In this document: piece by piece, positions 39,413 through 49,670 of the stretch
How positions within the stretch are numbered: the first letter of the stretch is position 1
Layout: every line of letters starts with the position of its first letter
Assembly: GCA_035479295.1 (NCBI GenBank)
Contig: DATIIV010000033.1
Location: 2,901 to 66,900 of the forward strand
Reading direction: 5' to 3'
DNA: 64,000 bases
DNA from: Candidatus Saccharimonadia bacterium
GTDB lineage: Bacteria; Patescibacteriota; Saccharimonadia; UBA4664
Translations under genes and position numbers: made by a program
The notes under the pieces: model-generated
The model's database searches: none
Seen by the model: only the letters and a program-made list of their open reading frames with translations
What the model was told of the DNA's origin: nothing

Positions 39413-40234
39413 TTAGCGCAGGACGGCTCGCACCGCGTTGGCGATGATGGTCTGGCCGACTGCGGTGGGGTGGAGCTGACCCGGAGTGCCGGGTAGCTGC
39501 AGCGGCACCGGCATCTCGAGCGGCACCACGGTGACGTGCGGGAAGTGGCTGCCGACCTCAGCGATCATGCTGTTGAGGGCGCCCCGCCAGAGCCGATATT
39601 GGTCCTGCTCGTCGGGCGTAAAGCCCAACTGGGCCGGCGTGAACGGCAGACCGGCAAAGATGTCGTAGTACTCCAAGAGTACGATCTGCTGCGGTTGGGC
39701 CAGCTCCAGGCCGGCCAACGAGATGGCCAATCCCACCCGCGCTCGCTCCAGGTTGGCGGCAAAGGCGGCTCGGTTCTCCGGCGTAGCGCAATTGGTCGCC
39801 ACGCACTGAGCGATGAGGCCGCTCCAGTTCACATCGTTCGCCCCGACGATGCCCACGGCCACGCGTGCCCGCGGCTGCTGATAGGTTTGCAGCAGCTGCG
39901 ATGGCACGGTGGTGCCGTTGGCCATTTGGTTACCCACTACGCCGTGCCAGGTGGTGGCGCCGGCGCAGGCCAGGTTGGTGGTGGGCGCGTGGAGCGCTGC
40001 GCCCAATTGCGCCACAAACGATTGTGGCGATCGCCCGCAGGCCGCATCGAACGGCCCGGCGGGGCTCGTGGATCCCAGGCCGACGCCCGCCGCTATCGAG
40101 TCGCCCCAGCCCAGGATGCTGATGGCCTCCTCGGTCGCGACCGCTCGTATCGGCGCCGCTTGAGCAGGCGCTGCCGCTGCGGCCATTACTCCTAGTGTGA
40201 GCGCCAGCGCGGCCAGTATTCTCCTTGCGCGCAA
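39413..40234 (-). CDS. Secreted SGNH/GDSL hydrolase
   Basis: WGDSIAAG, ACAGAT, GAND, LHPT; signal peptide; GAGGAG SD. Confidence 0.9.
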   Translation of the reverse strand: MRARRILAALALTLGVMAAAAAPAQAAPIRAVATEEAISILGWGDSIAAGVGLGSTSPAGPFDAACGRSPQSFVAQLGAALHAPTTNLACAGATTWHGVVGNQMANGTTVPSQLLQTYQQPRARVAVGIVGANDVNWSGLIAQCVATNCATPENRAAFAANLERARVGLAISLAGLELAQPQQIVLLEYYDIFAGLPFTPAQLGFTPDEQDQYRLWRGALNSMIAEVGSHFPHVTVVPLEMPVPLQLPGTPGQLHPTAVGQTIIANAVRAVLR

Positions 40235-40346
40235 CAGCCTCTCCTCTTTTTGTCGAAGGTTGCGGAATCCCGCTCTCGCATTGTAGAGGCTGCCTGGGGT
40301 CTCGCCAAATCGGCCAAATGCCGCTATAATGGTCAGGTTAAAACCT

Positions 40347-40421
<75 letters not shown>

Positions 40422-40430
40422 GAAATTATG

Positions 40431-40462
40431 ACAAAAAAGACCCCGAGCCGGGTCTTTTTTGT
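40431..40462. terminator. Bidirectional terminator
   Basis: ACAAAAAAGACCC-CGAGCC-GGGTCTTTTTTGT. Confidence 0.88.
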
Positions 40463-40548
40463 ACGTTAGCAAGCAGAAGCCCTGGTGTGCGTTGGGAGCA
40501 CACCAGGGCGGTGGGTGGGAGCGAGCTCGCGAACGAGTCTGCGCTACG

Positions 40549-41208
40549 TTAGAGTCCATGTCTCCTCATCATTACGGGGATGGTGACAACCATCACCTTG
40601 AGCAGGCCGAGAATGGTGCGGGTGGCGGCAAACTCCTCGTCGAACTGGCGAGCCAGTCGGAGCATCGTCTGATGGTCGCTGGGCGTCTCGATGACCGCCC
40701 GCTCGACCTCCGGTCTGGTCTGGGCGTAGCCGGTGATGCCGGGGCCCTGGCGGAACATGTGGGGATACTGGCTCAGCGCCAGCTCGATGCCGCCAGGTAA
40801 CTCCGTCTCGGGCATCGGCCGATAACCCACCACGTTCATCTGGCCCGCGAGGACGTTGAAGAACTGTGGCAGTTCGTCGAGATGGCTCGGTCTCAGAAAG
40901 CGCCCCAGCCAGGTACGGTTGTCGTCGTTTGAGGTGACGAAGCCGCCGTCGAGGTGCTTGAGCGTCCGGAACTTGATGGGCCGGAAGAGCCGGCCGTCAC
41001 GGCCGACGCGCTCGGGGCGAAAGAATAGCGGCCCAAAGTCGCCGCTGAACCACATGGCCAGCCGCACCAACAGGCAGGCCACCACGGCGACCAGTGCGCC
41101 CATGGCGGCGACGCTGTAGTTGAGCGTCCAGCAGGCCGCGGCGTTGGTCGCGACGCGCCAGGTGTGCGACTCGATCTGAGCAGTGGGCGCGTAGCCAGAG
41201 ACGGACAT
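40549..41208 (-). CDS. Bacterial sugar transferase (phosphoglycosyl transferase, WcaJ/PglC-like)
   Basis: RVGRDGRLFRPIKFRTL, GRFLRPSHLDELPQFFNVLAGQMNVVGYRP, PGITGYAQ. Confidence 0.92.
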   Translation of the reverse strand: MSVSGYAPTAQIESHTWRVATNAAACWTLNYSVAAMGALVAVVACLLVRLAMWFSGDFGPLFFRPERVGRDGRLFRPIKFRTLKHLDGGFVTSNDDNRTWLGRFLRPSHLDELPQFFNVLAGQMNVVGYRPMPETELPGGIELALSQYPHMFRQGPGITGYAQTRPEVERAVIETPSDHQTMLRLARQFDEEFAATRTILGLLKVMVVTIPVMMRRHGL

Positions 41209-41292
41209 CGAGGCCTCCCAGTAGGGTAGGAAGATGGGAAAGGACGTTTGTGAATTATAACATATATCACTAATTATGCAATGGTTTTAATA

Positions 41293-41321
41293 TTGACATT
41301 CAACATAGGGCGTGTCAGTAT
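41293..41321 (+). promoter_or_regulatory. Sigma70-like promoter for the structured RNA
   Basis: TTGACA (41293-98), 17 nt, then TGn-extended CAGTAT; AT-rich upstream. Confidence 0.55.
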
Positions 41322-41327
41322 AGGAAA

Positions 41328-41948
41328 TAATCTACTGCTCGTGGGTAGGTCTTTGACGGTAAGAGAGTAACTAGCTCCCGGATGCGAGCCGCCGGCCAGA
41401 ATGTGGCGATTGGCACCCGGGAGCTATAGAATCTGAGGAGGCGTCATGAGCAACCGCGACAGCTAGCACTGGCAGCTTCCTCAGGACCGGGATCCTGGTC
41501 CCCCGACGAAGGGAGGAGGGGCAGGTGCCACCACTGCACGACACGTAGGTGCCGCCATGGTTTCCGTAGCGCCCGCGGCAATGGGCGCAATGCAAGTGGT
41601 ACCCCCTGTGCTACCGCAGGGAGCGGTAGCGCAATTTAAGGACGTGGCCGAAGGCCGCCATAGAGCGTTGATCTCTCGAGCCACGCGCACGCTTGCTGGG
41701 CTACCGTTCACGGGTTTGGCCCCCTGAGTTTGAAGGGAAACCAGATGAGGCGAAGACAGGCATCGCTCCGCTAGCAGCGAAGCTTCCGGTGCTGGCACCG
41801 GAGATTTCACTGCTTTGCGACCCGTACTGGCGTTGGGTCGCCGCGTGGCGGAGGGCCTCCCCGGGTCCTCCGCCACACCGCCAACCTCATTCTCGGCTGT
41901 TTTACTGCTATTATTCATGACCAAACGGCCCTTATGGGCTGTTTTTTT
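41328..41948 (+). ncRNA. Candidate large structured non-coding RNA (unassigned)
   Basis: More than ten helices, 5'/3' closing pairings, promoter upstream, U-tailed terminator at 41923-41948, no credible ORF. Confidence 0.7.
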
Positions 41949-41985
41949 AGTGCCCGGCGGCCGGCAATTGTGTATGATAGGATCC

Positions 41986-42771
41986 ATGGAAACCGACGCT
42001 CCAGTTACCAAGGCCCGCGCCGACCGTGCCACCGTGGTGCTGCGCTGGGCGGTGGGCGTGGTGCTGGCGGCCGTGGTGGTGCTGGCCGGGTTGGCGGCTG
42101 TTGCTTACGCACAGACTCCCGAGGGCATTCGCCATCCCGCCGGTACGCACTATCACTTCCGATTGCAGCTTATCGTGGGCGGCCAGGCGGTCAATTTTGG
42201 CTCGGCCGCGTACCAAACGCCGCTCAATCACGACATCTGCACCGCCAAGCTCACTAATGAGCCGATCCATTTTCACGATAATCTCGACCAGTTTGCTCAT
42301 ATTCATTGGGCACATATTACCGGCGGCCTTTTTCTCAAGAATTACGGTTGGAATCTGGTGGGCGGGCTGTCCGGTGTGCTTGGCTATCGATTCGACCAGT
42401 TGCCCAAGGTGACTGCTGTGCCAATTCACGGCCACGTCCTGCCCGCGCCGCCGGCCGGGGCTCATTACTATATTTACACCGGCGATCAAACCAGCTATCA
42501 GCAGCGCAATTGGAACGATTTCTTGCATCAAGACATTAACGTGTTCTTTGGCCACCCCACCATCTCGGCGGCTCAACCAACCAGCCAGAGCTGGTGGTTA
42601 TGGCTGGTGCCAACCGCCTCCGCTCACGGCGACGAGACTGAGCTGACCGAGCTCAATCATGTCGTGGGCAGCGCGGTTATTTTTGTTCAGCCAGAGGCGC
42701 CGACCGCCGCCCAGATCAAAGACCGCTTTAACCACCTGATACCGCTGCCCACGAGTACTTGTGGTGGCTAA
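41986..42771 (+). CDS. Hypothetical membrane-anchored His-rich (possibly metal-binding) protein
   Basis: Start moved to METDAP (TATGAT upstream); TM, HYHF, IHFHD..HIHW, C-terminal TCGG. Confidence 0.8.
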   Translation: METDAPVTKARADRATVVLRWAVGVVLAAVVVLAGLAAVAYAQTPEGIRHPAGTHYHFRLQLIVGGQAVNFGSAAYQTPLNHDICTAKLTNEPIHFHDNLDQFAHIHWAHITGGLFLKNYGWNLVGGLSGVLGYRFDQLPKVTAVPIHGHVLPAPPAGAHYYIYTGDQTSYQQRNWNDFLHQDINVFFGHPTISAAQPTSQSWWLWLVPTASAHGDETELTELNHVVGSAVIFVQPEAPTAAQIKDRFNHLIPLPTSTCGG

Positions 42772-42865
42772 GCCGCGCTCGGCAGCGTATACTAGATAGG
42801 TATTCCGAACGGCCGCTCGTAGCCACCAAGCCGCGGGCAGGCCCCATTGCTGTAATAAACGTAGG

Positions 42866-44782
42866 ATGAATATGAAGTTGAAGAAGAGTACTCGAGGCTT
42901 TCTGTTTTTGATAGGAGCGATCCTGGTGGCGGCCGTGCTGCTGGTAATCTCGCTGCCTAGCACTCGCACCGAGCAGGTCTCGTTGTCGCAGATCGTCGAT
43001 GAGGCCAAGAATGGCAAGGTGGATCGCATTCAAGTGGATGGCGCCACGCTCACTGCCACGCTCAAGGATGCCAGTGCCCCCAAGCAGATTGCCTACAAAG
43101 ATAGCGCCCAGGCTAGCCTGGTAAAAGACTACGGTCTCGATCCGAGCAAGGTTACGATCGACCCCAAGAACCCCGATAACGGCAATAGCCGGCTGCTCGA
43201 TGTGGCGCTAACGTTGCTGCCAGTACTCATTATCGTGGGCTTCTTCTACTTTATGATGCGGCAGGCTCAAGGGCAGGGTAATCAGGCCATGAACTTTGGC
43301 AAGAGCCGCGCCCGGCTGTACGGCAGCGACAAGAAAAAGGTGACCTTTAAGGAGGTAGCCGGCGCCGACGAGGCTAAGCAAGAGCTAACCGAAATTGTAG
43401 AGTTCCTTAAGTATCCCGCTAAATTTGAGGCGCTGGGAGCCAAGATTCCCAAGGGCGTGCTGTTGTTTGGCCCTCCCGGCACCGGCAAGACGCTGCTGGC
43501 GCGGGCCGTAGCAGGCGAGGCTGGCGTGCCGTTCTTCTCCATCGCTGGGTCGGACTTTGTGGAGATGTTTGTGGGTGTGGGTGCTAGCCGTGTGCGCGAT
43601 CTCTTTATGAAGGCCAAGAAGAACGCGCCTTGCATCATCTTTATCGATGAGATCGACGCCGTGGGGCGCCAGCGTGGCACCGGCATGGGCGGCGGTCACG
43701 ATGAGCGCGAGCAGACGCTTAACCAGATTCTGGTGGAGATGGACGGCTTTGAGCAGGGCACCAATGTGATTGTGATGGCGGCCACCAACCGGCCCGATGT
43801 GCTCGACCCGGCACTGCTGCGGCCCGGCCGGTTCGACCGCCGCGTCACGCTCGACTCGCCCGACTACAAGAGCCGTCTGGCCATTCTCGAGGTTCACTCG
43901 CAGGGCAAGCCGCTCAGCTCGGACACCGATCTGGATGAGATCGCCAAGAAGACGCCTGGTTTTAGCGGCGCCGACCTCGAGAACCTGATGAACGAGGGCG
44001 CCATTCTGGCCGCGCGCCACGACAAAAAGAAGATCAATCAGCACGACCTGACCGCCTCGCTCGAGAAGGTGCTGATGGGTCCCGAGCGCAAGACGCACAT
44101 TATGAACGCGGCCGAGAAGAAGATCGTGGCCTACCACGAGGCCGGCCACGCCATCGTGGCGCATATGTTGCCGCACTGTCACCCCGTTAATAAGGTCTCG
44201 ATCATCTCGCGTGGCCGAGCTGGCGGCTTTACCTGGACGCTGCCCGAGGACGATCGTCACCTTAACTCGGTGGCCGACTTTAAGGATGATCTAGCTCAGC
44301 TGGTGGGCGCCCGATTCGCCGAACAGATCGTCTTTGGCGAGAGCGCCGTTACCACCGGCGCCTCCGATGACCTACAGAAGGCCACTCAGCTGGCCCGCCA
44401 CATGATCATGGACTACGGCATGAGCGAGAAGCTGCCCAACCGCGTCTTTGGTTCGCAGAGCGACGCCGTGTTCTTGGGCCGCGAGCTGGGCGAGCAACGC
44501 AACTACTCCGAGGATGTGGCCAAGATCATCGACGAAGAAGTAGCTAAGCTCATCAACGAGGCGGGCGAGCGGGCCCAGGCTGTCATCACCGCTAACCGCG
44601 ACAAGCTCGATAAGATCGCCGCCAAGCTCATCAAAGATGAAGTGATCGACAAAGACGAGTTTATCGAGCTGGTCGGCCCGCGGCCGCACGAGCCCAAGAA
44701 GGCCGATCCGCGCGAGCCCGGTGCGCCCGAGCAAGAGATCGGCCCCGGTATCACCGGCGCAGCGGCCACTACGGAGCAGTAG
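42866..44782 (+). CDS. ftsH: ATP-dependent zinc metalloprotease FtsH
   Basis: [30 protein letters not shown]. Confidence 0.98.
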   Translation: MNMKLKKSTRGFLFLIGAILVAAVLLVISLPSTRTEQVSLSQIVDEAKNGKVDRIQVDGATLTATLKDASAPKQIAYKDSAQASLVKDYGLDPSKVTIDPKNPDNGNSRLLDVALTLLPVLIIVGFFYFMMRQAQGQGNQAMNFGKSRARLYGSDKKKVTFKEVAGADEAKQELTEIVEFLKYPAKFEALGAKIPKGVLLFGPPGTGKTLLARAVAGEAGVPFFSIAGSDFVEMFVGVGASRVRDLFMKAKKNAPCIIFIDEIDAVGRQRGTGMGGGHDEREQTLNQILVEMDGFEQGTNVIVMAATNRPDVLDPALLRPGRFDRRVTLDSPDYKSRLAILEVHSQGKPLSSDTDLDEIAKKTPGFSGADLENLMNEGAILAARHDKKKINQHDLTASLEKVLMGPERKTHIMNAAEKKIVAYHEAGHAIVAHMLPHCHPVNKVSIISRGRAGGFTWTLPEDDRHLNSVADFKDDLAQLVGARFAEQIVFGESAVTTGASDDLQKATQLARHMIMDYGMSEKLPNRVFGSQSDAVFLGRELGEQRNYSEDVAKIIDEEVAKLINEAGERAQAVITANRDKLDKIAAKLIKDEVIDKDEFIELVGPRPHEPKKADPREPGAPEQEIGPGITGAAATTEQ

Positions 44783-44804
44783 GTAAGTACATCAAGGAGG
44801 CCAC

Positions 44805-45080
44805 ATGGCGGACAAATCATCGACTCGCGAAGAGTTTCAGCTGAATGGCGAACAACTGATCGCTAAGGTCAAGGAGCTCATCAAAGAGGGTAACGTTCGG
44901 CGCATTAGCATTAAGAGCAAAGAGGGTAAGACGCTGGTAGAGATGCCCCTAACTATTGGCGTGGTGGGTGCGGCTGTGGCACCGGTGCTGGCGGCTGTGG
45001 GTGCCATCGCGGCGCTGGTTACTGAGTGCAGCATTGTGGTGGAGCGCGATGAGGCACCCACCGAGGGCCACCGGGGCTAA
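44805..45080 (+). CDS. DUF4342-like protein
   Basis: VKELIKEGNVRRI..PLTIGVVGA..IAALVTECSIVVER; AGGAGG SD. Confidence 0.85.
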   Translation: MADKSSTREEFQLNGEQLIAKVKELIKEGNVRRISIKSKEGKTLVEMPLTIGVVGAAVAPVLAAVGAIAALVTECSIVVERDEAPTEGHRG

Positions 45081-45083
45081 CCA

Positions 45084-46673
45084 ATGGTAAACCAGGCTAA
45101 GCGGCTGCTGGGCCGAGCCAATCAGCGTCAAACCGTGGGTGCTGCGGCGCTGATGATCTCGGCAGCGTACTTGCTGTCGCGACTGCTCGGCCTGCTGCGC
45201 GATCGCCTGTTGGTAACCCACTACGGCATTGGCCCAGTGGCCGATGCCTACAATGCCGCCTTTCGGCTACCCGAGATGCTCTTTACACTACTGGTATCAG
45301 GCGCCTTTGCGGTTGCCTTTATTCCGATTCTGGCCAAGCACCTGCAGACCGAGCAGCGTAAGCAGGCGTGGGAGCTCACCTCCACGCTGCTCAACTTGTT
45401 GGTCCTGGCTACGGTTGGTGGCGGCATCATCATTGGCATCTTTGCCGATCCGCTCACCACGCTGATTAGCCCTGGCTTCGACCCATTCCGTCACCAGCTG
45501 GCGGTTAATCTAACGCGCATCATGCTCATTTCGCCGGTGATGTTTGCTGTCTCGAGCGTGTTGGGGAGCGTGCAGCAGGCCTTCAATCGGTTCCTCATCT
45601 TCTCACTCGCTGGAGTCTTCTACAACGTTGGCATTATCGTGGGCATCCTGTGGTTGTCGCCGCACGCGGGCATTTATGGTGTGGCCTGGGGCGTGGTAAT
45701 CGGCGTGGTATTGCAGGCGCTGCTGCAGGGGCTGGGGCTGATGGGGCTCGGCTTCCGTTATCGGTTGCAGTTAAATCTGCGGCTGAGCGGCGTGCGCCAG
45801 ACGCTCAAGTTGATGTTGCCGCGCAGCATCGATCAAGGCATCGACCAGATCAACTTTGCGGTCGGTACCATCATTGGCTCAACGCTGCACGAAGGCTCGA
45901 TCGCAGCCTTTACCTATGCCAATAATCTTAAGAACGTGCCGCTGGTGCTGATCGCTAGTTCTATTACGACGGCAGTGTTTCCCCGGCTAGCGACGCGGGC
46001 GGCCGAGGGCGCGCGGACCGAGCTGATCGAAACCTATGTGCAGACCGCCCGGCTGATTCTGTTTATGGCCGTGCCGGCGGCCGTCTTTACGGTTATCGGC
46101 CGGGGGTATTTGGTGCGCTTACTGTATGCTTCGGGCAGTCTGGAAACGGCCAACACACTGGGCTGGTTCGCTGGTACCATTATTTTTACCAGCTTGTTCT
46201 TTCTGGTGTCGCGTATTTATTACGCCATGCAGGATACGCGTACGCCGCTGTACTTGAGCTTGGCGAGCGTGCCGATCGATATTGTGCTAAGTATTGTGCT
46301 GGCGCGGCGCTACGGCGTGGCCGGTCTGGCCATGAGCGCCAGCATTGTGGCGGCGCTCGAGACTATAGCGCTCATGGTGATTCTGCGGTTGCGTCAAGGC
46401 CGCTTTGGCGAGCGCGCCATCTGGAGCGGGGCCTGGCGCATGGGTATCGCAGCGGCTATTATGGCGCCGGTGCTGTATCTGTCCATTAGTCACTTATTGC
46501 CACTCTATGCCATTGACCGTGGCTTCTGGGTGCTGGCGCCCAAGTTCGCCTTATTACTTATCATTGGCTTAACGGCTTATTTGGCGCCATGTTACATTTT
46601 GGGCCTTAAAGAAGCCAGTAATATCGTGGCTCGCATTAAGGACATCATGGTTCGATCGCTTAACTTGACTTAG
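45084..46673 (+). CDS. murJ: Lipid II flippase MurJ (MviN)
   Basis: SRLLGLLRD, DAYNAAFRLP, GAFAVAFIP, YYAMQDTRTP. Confidence 0.95.
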   Translation: MVNQAKRLLGRANQRQTVGAAALMISAAYLLSRLLGLLRDRLLVTHYGIGPVADAYNAAFRLPEMLFTLLVSGAFAVAFIPILAKHLQTEQRKQAWELTSTLLNLLVLATVGGGIIIGIFADPLTTLISPGFDPFRHQLAVNLTRIMLISPVMFAVSSVLGSVQQAFNRFLIFSLAGVFYNVGIIVGILWLSPHAGIYGVAWGVVIGVVLQALLQGLGLMGLGFRYRLQLNLRLSGVRQTLKLMLPRSIDQGIDQINFAVGTIIGSTLHEGSIAAFTYANNLKNVPLVLIASSITTAVFPRLATRAAEGARTELIETYVQTARLILFMAVPAAVFTVIGRGYLVRLLYASGSLETANTLGWFAGTIIFTSLFFLVSRIYYAMQDTRTPLYLSLASVPIDIVLSIVLARRYGVAGLAMSASIVAALETIALMVILRLRQGRFGERAIWSGAWRMGIAAAIMAPVLYLSISHLLPLYAIDRGFWVLAPKFALLLIIGLTAYLAPCYILGLKEASNIVARIKDIMVRSLNLT

Positions 46674-47559
46674 CCAGCTCGATGAATCGGGCGACCAGAG
46701 CGGGCCAATCGAGGCCGGCGGTGGCGGCAGCCTTGGGGAAGAGGCTCTGAGCCGTGAGACCAGGTAACGTGTTGGTCTCTAGGATAAAGAGGCGGTGGTC
46801 GGCCGTAATCATGATGTCGGTGCGGGATAGGTGGCGGCAGCCGGCCAGGCGATGGGCGGCCTCGCCTAGCTGCTGAGCGGCGCGCTGATCGGCGGGGGTG
46901 ATGTGCTGAGGCGGACAGAGTTCGGCCGTGGCACCGTTGTATTTATTGTCATAATCGAACTCTTGCCCCTGCGGCGGAATAATCTCAACTACCGGCAGCG
47001 CGGTGTCGTCGAGCACGGCCACGGTGGCCTCGGTGCCGTCGATGAGCTCTTCGAGCAGCATGGTGGGGTAGCGATCAAAGGCGGCGGTCAGGCCCGTGGG
47101 GAGATGAGCTGGGTTGCGAACGATAAAGGTATCGACGCTTGAGCCGCCGTCGGTTGGCTTGAGGACAAATGGCCGTTTCGCTAGCGGCGAGCTGGCCAAG
47201 CCAGCCGCATCGACCACCGCCGCGGCAGGCGTGGGTAGCTGATGCCGGCGCAGCAACGTCTTAAAGGCCGATTTATCAAAGCAGAGTCGCGAGGCCGCCG
47301 GTCCCGAGCCTAGATAGGGTATGCCGGCGGCCTCCAGCTGGTCTTGAATCTGGCCGTCTTCGCCGCCCACCCCATGCAGAATCGGCAGTACCACATCGGC
47401 GGCTTTTATGGCTGTCGATAACTGGGCAGCTTGATCGCGCGGATCGAGCTCCGTCACCTCGTGTCCCAACTGCCGGGCCGCCGCCGCTACGGCCGCACCC
47501 GACCGCAACGATACCTCTCGTTCGTCTGAACTGCCGCCGCAAAGCACTAAAATCTTCAT
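46660..47559 (-). CDS. ddl: D-alanine--D-alanine ligase
   Basis: GGSSDEREVSLRSG, LHGVGGEDG, KPTDGGSS, DYDNKY, ETNTLPGLT. Confidence 0.96.
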   Translation of the reverse strand: MKILVLCGGSSDEREVSLRSGAAVAAAARQLGHEVTELDPRDQAAQLSTAIKAADVVLPILHGVGGEDGQIQDQLEAAGIPYLGSGPAASRLCFDKSAFKTLLRRHQLPTPAAAVVDAAGLASSPLAKRPFVLKPTDGGSSVDTFIVRNPAHLPTGLTAAFDRYPTMLLEELIDGTEATVAVLDDTALPVVEIIPPQGQEFDYDNKYNGATAELCPPQHITPADQRAAQQLGEAAHRLAGCRHLSRTDIMITADHRLFILETNTLPGLTAQSLFPKAAATAGLDWPALVARFIELAKSS

Positions 47560-47621
47560 AGCGTCAGCATATCAAATAGCCCGGCGACCTGCACGCACGG
47601 CTGGTCTGCTACAATTGGGAC

Positions 47622-48593
47622 ATGACGGCACAAACAGGTATTCCAGAATCGCAGTGGGACGAGCAGGTGGCGCGGCTCGGTGGCCACTTGTACCAGAGCC
47701 GGGCGTGGGGGCAGTTTCAGGCAGCTCAAGGGCGAGCGGTCTGGACCGAGGCGGCGGCCGACTGGAGCTGGCTGGCGGCTCTGCGGCGCGGCCGCGGCGG
47801 TATCACATACTTGTATGCTGCCTACGGTCCAACGGTGCGCCAGAGTGGCCTAGCTGACGCCCTAGCCTCACTGGCCGCGGCTGGCCGGGCGGCCGGCGCT
47901 GACTTTGTGCGCCTGGAACCGATGGGTCAGGTTGAGGCAGACCAGCTGATCGCCGCCGGTGCTCGCCCTGTAGCCGACGTCCAGCCGCGCTATCGGCTGG
48001 TGCTAGACATCACCGCCTCCGAGGCCGACTTGCGCCACAACATTTCGTCCAGCAATCGTAATCTCATCAACACAGCCGAAAAGCGCGGCTTATCGTTTGT
48101 AATCAGCCAAGATCCGGCTCAGATGGCCGACTACCTGGCCATGCAGCGCGAAACTGCCGCTCGCGATGCCTTTAGGCCTCAATCTGACCAGTACTATGAT
48201 CACTTAGCGCAGAGTCTTCTACCAAGCGGAGCGGCCAAACTCTACTTTGTCTATTACGAGGGCCAGCCTGTCGCCAGTGCCATCTGCGCCGATTTTGCTG
48301 GCACGCGCTACTACGTGTATGCCGCCACTTACCCCCAACAAAACCGGCAGCTCAAGGCCGCCATCGCCTTGCTTTGGTGGATGATTATGGACGCTAAAGC
48401 CCAGGGCCTAACCCACTTTGATTACGGCGGCATCGCGCCCGACGATCAGCCCAACCACGCCTGGGTCGGCCATACCAAATTTAAGCGTTCGATCGGTGGC
48501 GAGACCGTTGCTACTATCGGCACATGGGACCTACCTCTGAAAGCTGGCAAATATCGGCTCTACCAGCTGGCTCGCAAGGTGGTGCCATTATGA
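47622..48593 (+). CDS. FemAB/FemX-family peptidoglycan bridge aminoacyltransferase
   Basis: YQSRAWGQFQ, YGP, FVRLEP, FDYGG, TKFKRSIGG. Confidence 0.88.
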   Translation: MTAQTGIPESQWDEQVARLGGHLYQSRAWGQFQAAQGRAVWTEAAADWSWLAALRRGRGGITYLYAAYGPTVRQSGLADALASLAAAGRAAGADFVRLEPMGQVEADQLIAAGARPVADVQPRYRLVLDITASEADLRHNISSSNRNLINTAEKRGLSFVISQDPAQMADYLAMQRETAARDAFRPQSDQYYDHLAQSLLPSGAAKLYFVYYEGQPVASAICADFAGTRYYVYAATYPQQNRQLKAAIALLWWMIMDAKAQGLTHFDYGGIAPDDQPNHAWVGHTKFKRSIGGETVATIGTWDLPLKAGKYRLYQLARKVVPL

Positions 48594-49633
48594 GATATGC
48601 TACCGGCGAAGAGCTAGCGCGTTGGGATGAGCTAGTGGCGGCCAATCCCGATGGGGGTAATGTGCTGCAGACGCAGGTTTATGGCGAGTTTAAGGCCGCT
48701 TACGGCTGGCGCCCCCAGCATATTATTCATCAGCTGCCGGAGGCCACCGTGGCGGCGCTGTATCTGGCGCGAACCGTACCGGGCCTCGGCGAGCTGTGGT
48801 ATGCGCCCAAGGGCCCCGGTGTGGTGTCGGTGGTGCAGCTACAGGCGGTGTTGGCTGACCTTCAAGCGCCTCGGGCCTTCATGCTCAAGCTCGAGCCAGA
48901 CCTGGCGGCCGAAACTACGCGTGTGTCCGAGCTTCAGCATCTGGGTCTGGTCAAGGCCAAATTTGATTTGCAATGGAATCGCTATACAGTAGTTATCGAC
49001 CTGCGCCCCAGCGAAGATGACATCTTGGCCGGCTTTAAGCAGAAGACGCGCTACAACATTCGCCTGGCCGAGCGCAAAGGCGTGCAGGTGCAGCCGGTGG
49101 AGTTAACCGAGGCCAATATTACTCAAATGTATGACCTGATGCTGGCGGTACAGGCACGAGCGGGCTTCTACATGCGCTCACGGGATTACTTGGCTCGGTT
49201 CTGGCAGATGCATACGGAAGCCGGCCATGGGCAGCTCTTTTTTGCCACCTACCAAGGCCAGGTGCTGGCGGGCATCTTTGCTCTGTACGAGGGTAAGCAG
49301 GGACTCTACAAAGACGGCGGCTCCGTTCGCGACCACCCCGAGTTGCAGGCGCCCTACCTGCTGCAGTGGGAGGTGATGCGCTGGCTGAAGGCCCAGGGCT
49401 GTCGTGAGTACGACCTGCACGGAACGCCACCGCGCCACCGCCTCGATGACCGCAGTCATCCGCTGGCCGGGCTAGCTCAATTTAAGACCGGCTTCAATCC
49501 TGGCCACCTCACCGAGTACGTTGGCGTCTACGACCTGCCGCTCAAGCCGTTGCAGTACCAGCTGTGGCAGCGCGCGGGCGAGAAACTGGTGGCTGGCTAC
49601 TCGTTTCGGGTTAAGCACGAGTTGTACTACTAA
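48590..49633 (+). CDS. FemAB/FemX-family peptidoglycan bridge aminoacyltransferase
   Basis: Start at MRYATG (ATGA overlap); YAPKGP, KQKTRYNIRLA, YLLQWE, QFKTGF. Confidence 0.92.
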   Translation: MRYATGEELARWDELVAANPDGGNVLQTQVYGEFKAAYGWRPQHIIHQLPEATVAALYLARTVPGLGELWYAPKGPGVVSVVQLQAVLADLQAPRAFMLKLEPDLAAETTRVSELQHLGLVKAKFDLQWNRYTVVIDLRPSEDDILAGFKQKTRYNIRLAERKGVQVQPVELTEANITQMYDLMLAVQARAGFYMRSRDYLARFWQMHTEAGHGQLFFATYQGQVLAGIFALYEGKQGLYKDGGSVRDHPELQAPYLLQWEVMRWLKAQGCREYDLHGTPPRHRLDDRSHPLAGLAQFKTGFNPGHLTEYVGVYDLPLKPLQYQLWQRAGEKLVAGYSFRVKHELYY

Positions 49634-49670
49634 TAGCCTTAACCGTGAGTTCGGGGTATAATCAATCATC

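Noticed and set aside
41328-41948. RNase P RNA, tmRNA or group II intron as the identity of the structured region
   Set aside because: No GAGGAAAGUCC-type P4 motif, no tRNA-like T-loop/CCA end and no domain V motif seen on either strand. A covariance-model search is still needed.
41371-42032. ORFs 41371-41595(-), 41481-42032(-), 41693-41920(+) and the 41815 extension
   Set aside because: No motifs and no SD; they run through hairpins and the terminator. The downstream gene more plausibly starts at 41986.
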